Below, piece after piece: positions 30,720-40,757 of a stretch of 64,000 bases of DNA. The notes below the pieces were generated by a model. That model was not told the origin of the DNA. It did not search any database and was given only the letters and a program-made list of their open reading frames with translations. A program made the translations under genes and the position numbers. The DNA is from Myxococcales bacterium (lineage in GTDB: Bacteria; Myxococcota_A; UBA9042). Positions within the stretch are counted from its first letter, which is position 1. The number at the start of each line of letters is the position of its first letter. The DNA is taken from NCBI GenBank assembly GCA_009692465.1, contig SHZD01000003.1, forward strand, positions 15,121 to 79,120, read 5' to 3'.

Positions 30720-30843
30720 GAGTTCCGCATGCCGCCAAACCGGCAGCCACGATGCATGAAACTCCTTGAGCGGCATGTGGAATATGGGCCGCAGCTGCGG
30801 ACCACCGCGGGGGTTTGGGGGCGGTGCGCCCCCAAGTTTCTAG
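30720..30843 (+). repeat. ~125-bp repeat, family E
   Basis: Starts immediately after the TGA. Ends in hairpin TTGGGGGCG-GTG-CGCCCCCAA followed by GTTTCTAG. Confidence 0.85.
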
Positions 30844-30907
30844 TTAGCGTGCCTGAATTGAGAAAGCTACTGACGGGCGCCGTCCTGCTGAGCGCCGACG
30901 GGCAAAC

Positions 30908-32956
30908 GTGAACCAAGCCGTGCCAATCGCCTTAGTGCTCAGTAGTTGGATGATCGCAAGCGCGACGCCGGCGCTCGGCCATGAGCGCGCGGGAGGCTGG
31001 CTCGGCGCCGCTATGGAAGCGCTGCACGCGCATAACCCGGCTCAGTTGCGCAAGATTGCCGATAATGGCCGCGCATTGGTGCAAGGCGATTTGGCCACCG
31101 GTGCGTGGCGCTTGCAGTTGCATCTGCCCACCGGCGCCGACGCCGACGACTTTGACGACACCAGTTTGCGCGCGCTGGGTGGCCAAGTGGCGGCGCGCGG
31201 GACCGATCTAGTCGATGTGTGGCTGCCTTTGGCCCGCGTTGAGGCCTTTTTGCAAACCAGCCCCCAGGTGGTGTTCGCCCAATTGCCGTGGCGACCCAAC
31301 AACCTGATCGGCCCCAAGTACAGCGAAGGCGCCGCCCAATTGCGCCCCGCCGGGCCCTTCACTTGTCTTGCGGCCGATGGCACCGGCACCGTGGTCTCAG
31401 TGCTCGACTCCGGCTTTGACGGCCTCGACAAGTCCAAGGCTACCGGCGAAGTGCCCAATATCCTTGGCCCCGTCCCCAGCGGCGGCGGCAGCCATGGCAC
31501 CATGTGCGCAGAAGTGGTCGCCGACATGGCGCCGGGCGCGGTCATCTACCCGTATGGCGTGGCTACGTTTGCGGACTTGCAGTATTACGTCAAACAAATC
31601 ACAGCCAAGGGCAATCTGAATGGCATCGATATTGTCAGCCATTCGGTGATTTGGCTCGGCCATAGTTTTGGGCGCCATGACGGTAAACTGTGCACCATGA
31701 CTGATCAAATTCGGAAAATGGGGGTGGCGTGGGTCAGCGCCTCGGGCAATTCCGGCAATGGCGAATTTTACAAAGCGGCGTGGAACGACGCCGACAAGGA
31801 TGGTCTGCACGAATTTGGCGCTGGTGAACAACGACTGATGTTTGCCCAGTTTGGCGGCACCATTCAGATAACCATGGACTGGGATGACTATAAGGAGCGC
31901 AAAGTCAACCTGGACCTGTACTTGTACCGAAAAGAGGGCGACACCTGGACGCTGGTGGGCGAGTCCAAGCTCAAGGCCAACGTGTTTGTGGCCCCGCTGG
32001 AACAGGTGGTGGTCCAAAACGCCAAAGGGGGCGTGTACGGTCTGCAAGTGCGGGCGGTCGGCGCGGTGCCGCCTGCGATGCAGTTGCGCATCGTGGCGAT
32101 GGGCGGCGGCAGCGGCAAGTTTAGCGTGTGGCACAAGAATGGTAACGTTTACGATCCAGCGAGTTGCGATGGCGTGTTGACGGTAGGCGCCATTTATCAG
32201 GGCCACTTTGCCAAGGGACCGCTTGAGGCCTACAGCAGCTATGGGCCGACGCCGGACAAGCGCATCAAACCTGAAATCATGGCACCGACTGGCGTTTCGA
32301 CCAGCGTCGGGGCGTTTTTTGGCACTTCAGCGGCCTGTCCACATGCTGCCGGTGCGCTGGCGACTTGGGTATCGGCGACCGGACAAACGCCTTTGCAAGC
32401 CATGGAAAGTATGCGCAAGGCTGCGATTCCGATGGGTACAACCGTGCCAGACGAGGCCTACGGCTGGGGTCGGGTCGCGTTGCCGCCGCTAGACTTAGGC
32501 TACGCTTGCACCGCTGCCGATTTGCCCGCTGCCGCGACCTGCGCCACCGCCTGCGCCAGTGTTGGAACACGGGGCTGCACACCGACCTGCCGGTGGACCG
32601 CCTGCGTGCCGCCGGCCGAAACGTGCAATCAAAAAGACGACAATTGCGACGGTCAAATCGATGACGGCTTGCCCTTGTGTGTAACGCCTACCCAAAAGGA
32701 AGACATCAAAGTCGGCCAACCGGACAGCAGTGACAGCGCCGCGAGCGAACCGGCCGAACTACCCGTGTTCGATAGCGCTGGCGAAATGCCGGTGGTCAGC
32801 CTTGATTCTGGGATGGACGTCGCCGTGATCAAGGCGGTGCCGGCCCCAGTCGTCGATGGCGGCTGCACTGCGCAGCACCGGCAACGCTCGGCGTGGTCGA
32901 TTCTAGCGTTGTGGGCACTTGGCGTGACGTTAGTCAGGGTGCGCAGTCGGCGCTAG
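30908..32956 (+). CDS. Secreted S8 (subtilisin-like) serine protease with MYXO-CTERM-like tail
   Basis: Triad VLDSG, SHGT and GTSAACPH. SGNSG, ETCNQKDDNCDGQIDD. C-terminal GGC + hydrophobic stretch + RVRSRR. Confidence 0.88.
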   Translation: MNQAVPIALVLSSWMIASATPALGHERAGGWLGAAMEALHAHNPAQLRKIADNGRALVQGDLATGAWRLQLHLPTGADADDFDDTSLRALGGQVAARGTDLVDVWLPLARVEAFLQTSPQVVFAQLPWRPNNLIGPKYSEGAAQLRPAGPFTCLAADGTGTVVSVLDSGFDGLDKSKATGEVPNILGPVPSGGGSHGTMCAEVVADMAPGAVIYPYGVATFADLQYYVKQITAKGNLNGIDIVSHSVIWLGHSFGRHDGKLCTMTDQIRKMGVAWVSASGNSGNGEFYKAAWNDADKDGLHEFGAGEQRLMFAQFGGTIQITMDWDDYKERKVNLDLYLYRKEGDTWTLVGESKLKANVFVAPLEQVVVQNAKGGVYGLQVRAVGAVPPAMQLRIVAMGGGSGKFSVWHKNGNVYDPASCDGVLTVGAIYQGHFAKGPLEAYSSYGPTPDKRIKPEIMAPTGVSTSVGAFFGTSAACPHAAGALATWVSATGQTPLQAMESMRKAAIPMGTTVPDEAYGWGRVALPPLDLGYACTAADLPAAATCATACASVGTRGCTPTCRWTACVPPAETCNQKDDNCDGQIDDGLPLCVTPTQKEDIKVGQPDSSDSAASEPAELPVFDSAGEMPVVSLDSGMDVAVIKAVPAPVVDGGCTAQHRQRSAWSILALWALGVTLVRVRSRR

Positions 32957-33061
32957 AACGGTTTGCGGGGGTGCGCGATCGGTTTTGGGCAACCTCGGCT
33001 CGCCTCCGACTTCGCAAATACACGGAAGTATTCCAAGAATGACCGGCACTTGGACCGTTGC

Positions 33062-34156
33062 CTACCAATCGATATGGGCGATAATCGCACCGTCGTGATC
33101 GCTCGGCGGCTGCTTCTTGGCACCATACAGCCACAAATCCAAGCCCCACCACGCCACTATGAACTTGGCGCTTGCCGATGCCACATACACATGATCGATG
33201 CGGTTGGCGGTGTCATAGGCCGGTTTGGTGTCTTGGTTGTGCACAATGCTCCACGCCTTGGCCAAATCAAAAGTGTCCTGCCACGGCGGCGAAACTCCAA
33301 CTTGACCAGCAGCTAACAGGCCATAAGCCTTGCTATTGGGCTTGCTGTTGTAGTCGCCGGTCAGAATCAACGTCGCATCCTTGGCCAGAGGCCCGAGTTT
33401 TTCGAGCACCAACGGGGCCGACTTTTCCTGACTGGGCGAACTGTTGTCAAAATGGGTAGTTGCAAAAATAACGTCGCGGTTGCGCTGCTTGTCGCGCAGC
33501 TTGACCCACGCCATCACCCGCGCGAACTGCATTTTGGCAAAGCCAGTTGAATAAGGCTTGTCAGGTTCAGGACTTAGCCAGATCACCCCGTCGGCCAGCT
33601 TGTCGAAACGAGATTTTTTCCACAGCACCGTGGCGTCCGGATAATCGTAGGGGTTCTCGTCGCCTTCTTTGAATTTATAGTGAAAGGCCTCGTACAGCTT
33701 TTGCGGACCGATCAACTGCTCGACTTCGGGCACATTGCCATCGGTCGGCAGTTGAGCCTGATTCTCTTGCAAACCGATCAGATCGGGGTCAAAACGGGCA
33801 AAGACGTCGCGCAGCCACGGCAGCCGCGTGCTCCACTTTTGCTCGTATTCGGGGTGGGCTTTGTTGATGCAAAACGAGCACATGACGTTGTAGGTCATCA
33901 CCGATAGCGCGCCGTCCGGCTTTGGCGGTGGCAGCGACCACGACGCCGGGGCAACGTCCGCGGTGGCGTCGATAGCACTGTCTGTGGCCGTGCCGTCGCT
34001 AGTCGGCGTGGTTTCGGCTTGGGTCGCTGCGTCGCTAGTCCCAGCCGCTTGGGCCGCGTCGCTTGGCGCCGTTGCCACCGGTGGTTCGCCGCCACATTGC
34101 ACTACAAGTGCAGCGAACGCGAGCGACAAAAGGAGGGTCTGTAGCCTGTTGCGCAT
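33062..34156 (-). CDS. Endonuclease/exonuclease/phosphatase-family lipoprotein
   Basis: VMTYNV, DLIGLQE, TTHFD, TGDYNS, RIDHVY and PSDH. Confidence 0.88.
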   Translation of the reverse strand: MRNRLQTLLLSLAFAALVVQCGGEPPVATAPSDAAQAAGTSDAATQAETTPTSDGTATDSAIDATADVAPASWSLPPPKPDGALSVMTYNVMCSFCINKAHPEYEQKWSTRLPWLRDVFARFDPDLIGLQENQAQLPTDGNVPEVEQLIGPQKLYEAFHYKFKEGDENPYDYPDATVLWKKSRFDKLADGVIWLSPEPDKPYSTGFAKMQFARVMAWVKLRDKQRNRDVIFATTHFDNSSPSQEKSAPLVLEKLGPLAKDATLILTGDYNSKPNSKAYGLLAAGQVGVSPPWQDTFDLAKAWSIVHNQDTKPAYDTANRIDHVYVASASAKFIVAWWGLDLWLYGAKKQPPSDHDGAIIAHIDW

Positions 34157-34295
34157 GGTTTCCTAGTGTTGACGCCGTTACGGAGCAGGCGAGTCGCCGG
34201 CCCAAATTCACCACCGAAATTCCCCGCGGCCCCCGATTTGGGATGCCAGTGCTCTGTCGCTCGCTGTCGCTCGACAAGGAGCAAGGAGCAAGGAG

Positions 34296-34339
34296 CTTTT
34301 CTGTCAGGGGCGTACTCTCGTACGTCCCTGACAGAAAAG
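34296..34339. other. 20-bp-stem inverted repeat
   Basis: CTTTTCTGTCAGGGGCGTAC-TCTC-GTACGTCCCTGACAGAAAAG with one mismatch, preceded by CAAGGAG x3. Confidence 0.7.
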
Positions 34340-34500
34340 TGACGCAGTGACGCCGAGATGCGCCCAAAGCGGGGGATCGCAGCCGGGGGGCCGCATGGCG
34401 TACCCTAGCTGTTCTGCGTACAATCGAAAAGGCGGACGGGACCGGCGACACTTTTGGCTCAGCCGACGCACTCTGGCCGATTAATCTGTATTATTTCGAT

Positions 34501-34697
34501 ATGTTGTTTAATGGGTGCCACCTGATCAGGGACGGGACCGCGACCGAACACGAGCCGAGCCAGGAGCCGAGCAAGGGCTGAACAGGAACAGCCAGTGAGT
34601 TCGGCTCCACTGACCAAGCCTGCGATCCATTTTTGGCCACTCTAGCAGTTAATAACCTTGTGAGACAGCATGTTGTTCAATGGGTGCATCCTGATCA
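34501..34697 (+). repeat. Two copies of motif A
   Basis: ATGTTGTTTAATGGGTGCCACCTGATCA at 34501 and ATGTTGTTCAATGGGTGCATCCTGATCA at 34670. Confidence 0.8.
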
Positions 34698-37075
34698 GGG
34701 CCCGTTCAAAATCAAGTCGATTTTGCACCCCGGCCCACCGCTTGCTTGGTGGGTCGCTAACTCGCGGCTTTGCAAGCCGACTCGACGCTCCGTTCCAATC
34801 GTGGATCGACCAAGTTATTTTTTCACGAGCCCTTAATCGCCCGATTTCGGCTCGCATCGCAGTCGTTCTGGCGGCGCTAGTTGCGGCGACGGCTTGCAAA
34901 GCCCCGGTGCAGTCGGAAGACCCGCTGACGACGGTGACAGACGCGGATGCGGGCTTTGCCGGTACATTGGACGTCGCTGCCAGCGCCGATGGCGATGTGG
35001 GCAAGGCAGTTGCCGATGCAGCCAATGTCCAAGGCGAAGGCTTGAGCGACACTAGCGCCGGGCCGACCGACGCGACTGTGGCCGATGTCAGCGATGCAGA
35101 CGCCGCGAGCGCGCTCGACGATTCCACTGACTCCCAAACCCTGGACGCGGCAAGCACCGCCGATGCCAATGCCGAACTGGACGTCGATAGCGGCCAGCCC
35201 AGTGACAGTGGCGCCACGACGGCGTGCGACGACAGCGCCAAAGTGTGCCCGCAGGCCTTTGCGTATGCCGGCACCGGCAGCGAAACAGCGGTCGAAGTGC
35301 GCGGCAGCTGGAACGGCTGGAAGGCCGGCGGCGCGCTCACAGCCACGGGCACGACTTGGAACGGCACGGTCAAGCTGCCGCAATCCCAAATTTTTCAGTA
35401 TAAATTTCGAATAGTTCTGGCCGACGGCAAGGAGCTTTGGAAGCTCGACAGCGCCAATCCAATTAGCGCCGACGACGGATTTGGCGGCAAAAACTCGGTG
35501 GTCGGCCCCCTGCAATGCCCAAGCGACGGCATCTGCCCGCAACCGCAGACCTTGTGCGGCGCTCCGCTCAAAGCCAATGCCTTTGATTGGCGCGACGCGG
35601 TGTTGTACTTCGTGTTCGTCGATCGGTTCGTCAACGGCAATCCGGCCAATGACGGCAAGAATCCGGACAAGAATGTGCCCGCTATCGCCAATTGGCACGG
35701 CGGCGACTGGCTGGGGGTCAAGCAAAAAATCGACGACGGCTACTTTGGAGCGCTGGGCGTCAACGTCTTGTGGCTGACCGTACCCTTGGACAACACCGAC
35801 GCGGTTGAAATGGGTGATGAAGGCAAACCCTACACCGCCTACCACGGCTATTGGCCGCGGGATATCGACAAGCCAAACCCGCACTTTGGCAGCATGGCCG
35901 ATCTGAAGGCCCTTGTAGACGCCGCTCACGCCAAGGGCATCATGGTGATTCTGGACTACGCGATGAACCACTTGCACGCGTCGTCACCGACATTTTCTAA
36001 TCATCCCGAGTGGTTTCATCCACTCAAAGTCAACGGCCAATTCTGCACTTGCGGCAGCGGCGTGTGCCCGTGGGACGGACCCAGCGGGGTGTTTTGCTGG
36101 TTTCGCCAATATCTGCCCGACTTCGATTTTGACAACGCCGTCGCCCGCAAAGCATCGATCGACAACGTGATTTGGTGGATGGACCAGTCAGGTGCCGACG
36201 GGCTGCGCTTGGACGCGATCAAGCACGTTGAAGACATTTGGCTAACTGAGCTGCGCGCGCGCCTGAGCACCGAAGTCGAGCCCAAGCGCGGTCAACACAT
36301 CTGGCTGGTCGGCGAGACCTACACCGGCGATCAGGGCTTTATCAAGTCGTTTGTGGAGCCATGCACCAAGCTCGACGGTCAGTTCGACTTTCCGCTGCGC
36401 GCGGTGTTGGACAATGTCGTGCTGCTGCGCCAAGGCAAGATGCAGAATTTGCACAAGTTTGTCACCGCCAACGACAGTTTTTACGGACCGACCGCGCTGA
36501 TGTCGACCTTCGCTGGCAATCACGACCTGCCACGCATTATCCACTACGCTCAAGACAAACCGCTGTATAGCAACGTGTGGGATGTGGGCAAAGACAATGC
36601 GTTTTTCAACACCCCGACGCTTGTTGCCGAAAACAGCGCCTATCAACGGGTGGCTGTGGCGATGACGGTGTTGTACGGGTCACCCGGAGTGCCGCTGGTG
36701 TACTACGGCGACGAGATTGGGCTGCCGGGGGCAGGCGATCCGGACAATCGGCGACCCATGCAATTCAAGGACTTAAGCGATAATCAGAAGTGGTTGCTGG
36801 AGCAGCATCAAAAGCTGGGTCAAGCCCGCAAGGCCCACAGTGCGCTGCGGCGCGGGACGCGAACGACGCTGGCGACCACCGACGATGGCTGGCTGTGGGC
36901 GATGACCGACGCCAAGCAAACCGTGTGGGTGGCGGTCAACCGCGGGGATAATCCAGTAACTTTACAAGGGTTGCCTGCCGGTGAGGCCCTCAAAGACGTG
37001 CTGAGTGGCGAGACGCTGACGGGGCCCAATTGCGCCGTGCCGCCGCGAACTGGGCGAATTCTGGTTAAACAGTAG
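34670..37075 (+). CDS. GH13 alpha-amylase-family lipoprotein with CBM48-like domain
   Basis: Lipobox ATAC, VEVRGSWNGW/YKF CBM, LYFVFVDRF, YHGYW, DGLRLDAIKH, VGE, GNHD and YYGDEIG. Start uncertain because the 5' end runs through repeats. Confidence 0.9.
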   Translation: MLFNGCILIRARSKSSRFCTPAHRLLGGSLTRGFASRLDAPFQSWIDQVIFSRALNRPISARIAVVLAALVAATACKAPVQSEDPLTTVTDADAGFAGTLDVAASADGDVGKAVADAANVQGEGLSDTSAGPTDATVADVSDADAASALDDSTDSQTLDAASTADANAELDVDSGQPSDSGATTACDDSAKVCPQAFAYAGTGSETAVEVRGSWNGWKAGGALTATGTTWNGTVKLPQSQIFQYKFRIVLADGKELWKLDSANPISADDGFGGKNSVVGPLQCPSDGICPQPQTLCGAPLKANAFDWRDAVLYFVFVDRFVNGNPANDGKNPDKNVPAIANWHGGDWLGVKQKIDDGYFGALGVNVLWLTVPLDNTDAVEMGDEGKPYTAYHGYWPRDIDKPNPHFGSMADLKALVDAAHAKGIMVILDYAMNHLHASSPTFSNHPEWFHPLKVNGQFCTCGSGVCPWDGPSGVFCWFRQYLPDFDFDNAVARKASIDNVIWWMDQSGADGLRLDAIKHVEDIWLTELRARLSTEVEPKRGQHIWLVGETYTGDQGFIKSFVEPCTKLDGQFDFPLRAVLDNVVLLRQGKMQNLHKFVTANDSFYGPTALMSTFAGNHDLPRIIHYAQDKPLYSNVWDVGKDNAFFNTPTLVAENSAYQRVAVAMTVLYGSPGVPLVYYGDEIGLPGAGDPDNRRPMQFKDLSDNQKWLLEQHQKLGQARKAHSALRRGTRTTLATTDDGWLWAMTDAKQTVWVAVNRGDNPVTLQGLPAGEALKDVLSGETLTGPNCAVPPRTGRILVKQ
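34698..34832 (+). mobile_element. 135-bp family C MITE, in frame in the amylase 5' end
   Basis: TIR GGGCCCGTTCAAAA / TTTTTCACGAGCCC with TCA and TTA flanks. Confidence 0.85.
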
Positions 37076-37143
37076 CCTTCGCTAACCGCCACCCTGCCTG
37101 CGCTCGGGCCCCATCTGCGACTAAACCGTTTTGTTTTGAATAG

Positions 37144-38313
37144 TTAGCGCAGTGCCCGCCGACCTAGGTAGTCAGCCACTTCGGCCAGCGCTGCCATCAC
37201 TCGCACCCCTTGAGGCGGCGGCCAGCTAAACAGGCGTGCACGGTCGGCGGCAGTCCACTGCATCGCGTAAAATCGCGCAATCAAACCGGAATCGAGCCGA
37301 TGAAAGCGTCGCAAGGCGTGGTGGCGCTGATCCGGCGGCGTGTGCTCAAACAGCAACCGGTTGAGCAAGCAGGCAAATTGTTGCTTATGGGCATGGGCGG
37401 CCTGCAGTTGCGGCCACTGCTGGCGCGCCTGGGTCGGCGAGCGCTCGGCCAACCACTGCGCGACCCGCACCCCGATCGGCAACGTGTAGCCAGTCGCCGC
37501 GTTCAGCCAGCCGCCGGCCATGCCGATGCGCAACACCCCAACGGGCTGAACGACAGCCGCAACCTGACAGGGCATCGGCAGCACGCCCTGTTGCTCGCCC
37601 ACCAGCTCGGCATCGGGGTGACCGTTATCGCGCAACCAGTCGGTGCAGCCTTGGCGCAAGTCGCTGGCGTCGAGCTGTGCTTGGTCGGAGAAAACCGTAG
37701 TTTCCACAAGAAGTTCATTGGCTTGCCACGGAAGCACATACGCAAAACGCAAAGCGCCGCGCTGCGGTTGGCGCGCATCCATCAGAATCGGTTGGTCCAG
37801 CTGGTGGGCGCGCTGGGTGCGGACCCGCAATCCAACGAATTTCTGCCAGCCAATCGTACCATGCAAAGACAGTGCGCCGGCGCCGCGACCGTCGAGGACC
37901 AAATCGGCGGCGATCTCCTCACCGCTGGTCAGTTCAATGTGGTCGGTGGCGACGGCCTGCACGCGGGTGGCAACGCGCAGTTCGCAGCCCGAGCGCTGCA
38001 GAACTTGCTGGACGACGTCATGTAAGCGATCGCCGGTCGTCGCCGCGTAAGGCAAGGCGAGCCTTTGGGATTCGCCAGAGAAATGCAGGTCAAAGCCCGG
38101 CCAGCGCCGCACAACCAGGGGTTCGAACCACAGCGCGGCAGCAGGCGGCACATCCAAAGCGTGACAGGCCCAAGTGTGGTTGCCACCCAGCGTATCTTGC
38201 TGTTCGATAAGGCAAATGCGCGCGGTCGGCCGCCGATGCAGAATCGCAAGCGCGCACAGACCTGCGTGCAATCCGCCGCCGGCAATGGCGACGTCAAATC
38301 TCACGCGGTCCAA
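37144..38313 (-). CDS. crtY: Lycopene beta-cyclase (CrtY type)
   Basis: DVAIAGGGL, GGNHTW, LDGRG, WQKFVG, PILMDA, RFAYVLP, GVLP, TGYTLP and IARFYA. Confidence 0.88.
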   Translation of the reverse strand: MDRVRFDVAIAGGGLHAGLCALAILHRRPTARICLIEQQDTLGGNHTWACHALDVPPAAALWFEPLVVRRWPGFDLHFSGESQRLALPYAATTGDRLHDVVQQVLQRSGCELRVATRVQAVATDHIELTSGEEIAADLVLDGRGAGALSLHGTIGWQKFVGLRVRTQRAHQLDQPILMDARQPQRGALRFAYVLPWQANELLVETTVFSDQAQLDASDLRQGCTDWLRDNGHPDAELVGEQQGVLPMPCQVAAVVQPVGVLRIGMAGGWLNAATGYTLPIGVRVAQWLAERSPTQARQQWPQLQAAHAHKQQFACLLNRLLFEHTPPDQRHHALRRFHRLDSGLIARFYAMQWTAADRARLFSWPPPQGVRVMAALAEVADYLGRRALR

Positions 38314-39770
38314 TCAGCCAGATAGCCTCGGCGCGGTACCGACCACAGCGGCTCACCACGGACATTATAGTGCGATAGCAGACAGTTGGCGGCCAAGAAT
38401 CCTGACGCCACCGCCCGTTCCATCAAGCCCGACGGCAACGGAATCCACGTATAGTCACCTGCCAAGGCCAAAGTCGGGTCGGGCGAATGCACCCGTGGGC
38501 GCAAATGGGCGGTACCGGCGGCAAATGCTGGTGAATCTTGGGATAATGCAAAGGTGCTGTGCACGACTTTGGCGGCTTTGGTCTCTGGGTAAAAGTGATG
38601 CAACCGCTCGGTCATTTGTGCACGCGCGTCTTGGGCAGTCAAATGCGCTGGCATGGCGTAAGCATGGATTTCGACTTCGGAACCGCCGGTGGCCGCCGCC
38701 CATTGCGCACTGGTATCCGCGACGTGGTTGTACACCGCAATCGAGTCCAAAATGCCGCCGCCAGCGATTGCCGCAAACACGGGCCGATCGGCTCGCACTG
38801 GCCGATCCAACCAAAACCGTTGAACAGCAAAGGGACTAGTCGCCCGTTGACTGGCCAAGGCCGCACGCCACGGCGCATCGCCGATGTCTCCCGACGCCGC
38901 CACAATGTCGCGCACTGCAGTCACCGTCGCGGCCAGCACGACCGCGTCACACGCCAGCGGCTCCGTCGGGGCCCCTTGACCCACATCCGCCGGTCGGGTG
39001 TGCACTAGCCAACCTTGACCGTCCTTTTGGAGAGCAACCGCGTCGGTACCCAGCCGCAGTTAGGTAGCCATAGTGTGCAAATAGCGGGTCAGCGGCTGCC
39101 AAATCGCGGTATGCAGCGGTTGATCGAGGGCGTCAAAGGTCAGGCCTTCGGGATTGTGGGTGAAATAGAAGTGAAAGTACTGCAGCATCTCCGCCGCCGA
39201 CATCTCGGTCTGTGGATTGAAGAAACTGTGTGCAAACACGTCAAAAATCATCGCCCGCGCCTGTTTGGGAAAGGCCACGGCGTCCAAAAACTGGGCGGCC
39301 GTGGTGTGGTCCCAGCGCTCAAAGGTCTTGGTTTGATCGTAGCTCAACATCTCAAAAGTATGGCGAAAACCGACTTTGAGCATATCGTGCCAGCGCAAAA
39401 GTGGGCTGTGCTTGACCATCGCCAGCACCTTGGCCGGCGGAAACCGCGCAATCTCGGCAAAAAGCTCAACTTGGCCGTCCGGCGCTAGAACCGGGTAGTC
39501 GGCCATCGGCACCAGCATCGACAGCCGCGGATCGAAGCGCTTGAACAACTCGCGCAGATTGTAGTATTGCCGAAAAAAGGCGTGAAAACCGCGCTCTAAC
39601 TGCACCGGCGTGCCATCGGGCAAGGTGTCCGACCAGCCACGGGCGCGGCCGCCGAGTTCGTTTTCATGCTCAACCACGGTCACAATCGCGCCGCGCTCGG
39701 CCAAAATGGTCGCCGCAGCCATGCCCGCCAACCCGCCGCCGATAACGACGACGCGCTTGGGCACGGTCAA
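38301..39770 (-). pseudogene. crtU: CrtU-like carotenoid desaturase (isorenieratene-synthase type) interrupted by an in-frame TAA
   Basis: VIGGGLAG, RGFHAFFRQYYNL, HSFF, FHFYF, EIHAYA and LAGD...LMERAVASG. ORFs 39060-39770 and 38301-39005 are in the same frame, separated only by TAA at 39062-39060. Confidence 0.8.
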
Positions 39771-39851
39771 CTTGCGCAGAACCCCTGGATATTGCGAGGG
39801 AACGAGTTATTTATGAATTGCAGCCATGAACAGCGACCGCGGCCAATGGGG

Positions 39852-40757
39852 TCAGTACGACCAAATGAAATCGAGCGTAGGCCACACTTCGCGGGAACGC
39901 ACATACGTGTAAGTATCGAATCCTTCAGAAGTTTTTTCCGTTTTCTGCTGATGGCGGTCGATGTCATAGGCCATCGCCCCTAGGGTGAGACGAGTATGGG
40001 CCGTAATCCGCGCGTCTAGGCCGACGTAAACACTGGCGGTCAGTGTCGACAACGCATCGTCGCCCACCGGTCGGCTGATCCAGTAGCCACCTAGTTCGCC
40101 GCGCAACCGCAGCCAGGGCATCAGCAATTGGTCGTAAGCCACCCGCAGTTGCGCCCGGGTGCGCCCCACGTACGGTGCCAGTTGTATATCCACTGGCGCC
40201 CACGCATCCAGAGGCGGCGCAGCTTGGCCCGAAAAGGAAAAACCTGAAGCAATTTCAGCGTGCAGCGTCAGCACCGAATAGCCGTCACTTGCCGCAGAGT
40301 GGCCAAACTCGCGACTGGCCCACACGCCTACCTTGGGCACAATGAGCCAGCCCGGCCGCTGGCAACTCGCAGCACTTGCGGCGGCATGTTCGGCAACTTT
40401 GCACGACGGCACCAGATCGCCAGCCAGCCCAAACGGCTTGGCCAACCGCCACCCCAGCGTCGGCACCCCCAACCCGACTTGCGCCGTCCATTGCCAAGCG
40501 TCGGGCAGGCTTGCCGTCAGCGGGATTTTGACATCGACTTGCGGCGCCGCCAGCAACAATAGCGGATGGACGTCGACTTCCAACCAGTCCAGCCCCAAGC
40601 GCAGGGGATTGAACACGCCGACTTGCCATTCACCCGGCGCCAGCACCTTGGCCGTTTCCCGCGGCTGCAAGTGCGTGTAGTTAAACGAGTCTGCCCGCGC
40701 GATCCCGGTGTTGGCCAGCAGCGCAATCAGCGTCGTCCAAGCGATGCGCGCAACCAT
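39852..40757 (-). CDS. Exported hypothetical protein, possible outer-membrane barrel
   Basis: Signal peptide MVARIAW...ARA, TGATG overlap with the upstream EEP gene, ends LDFIWSY. Confidence 0.65.
   Translation of the reverse strand: MVARIAWTTLIALLANTGIARADSFNYTHLQPRETAKVLAPGEWQVGVFNPLRLGLDWLEVDVHPLLLLAAPQVDVKIPLTASLPDAWQWTAQVGLGVPTLGWRLAKPFGLAGDLVPSCKVAEHAAASAASCQRPGWLIVPKVGVWASREFGHSAASDGYSVLTLHAEIASGFSFSGQAAPPLDAWAPVDIQLAPYVGRTRAQLRVAYDQLLMPWLRLRGELGGYWISRPVGDDALSTLTASVYVGLDARITAHTRLTLGAMAYDIDRHQQKTEKTSEGFDTYTYVRSREVWPTLDFIWSY

Noticed and set aside
34296-34339. Rho-independent terminator
   Set aside because: No U-tract follows the stem on either strand, and it lies between divergent genes.
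38301-39005. Separate gene or frameshift in crtU
   Set aside because: Same frame as the upstream half. A single nonsense codon explains the split.
39060-39062. Recoded stop (Sec/Pyl or alternative genetic code)
   Set aside because: The codon is TAA, which terminates other genes here (e.g. sdhC, amidase).
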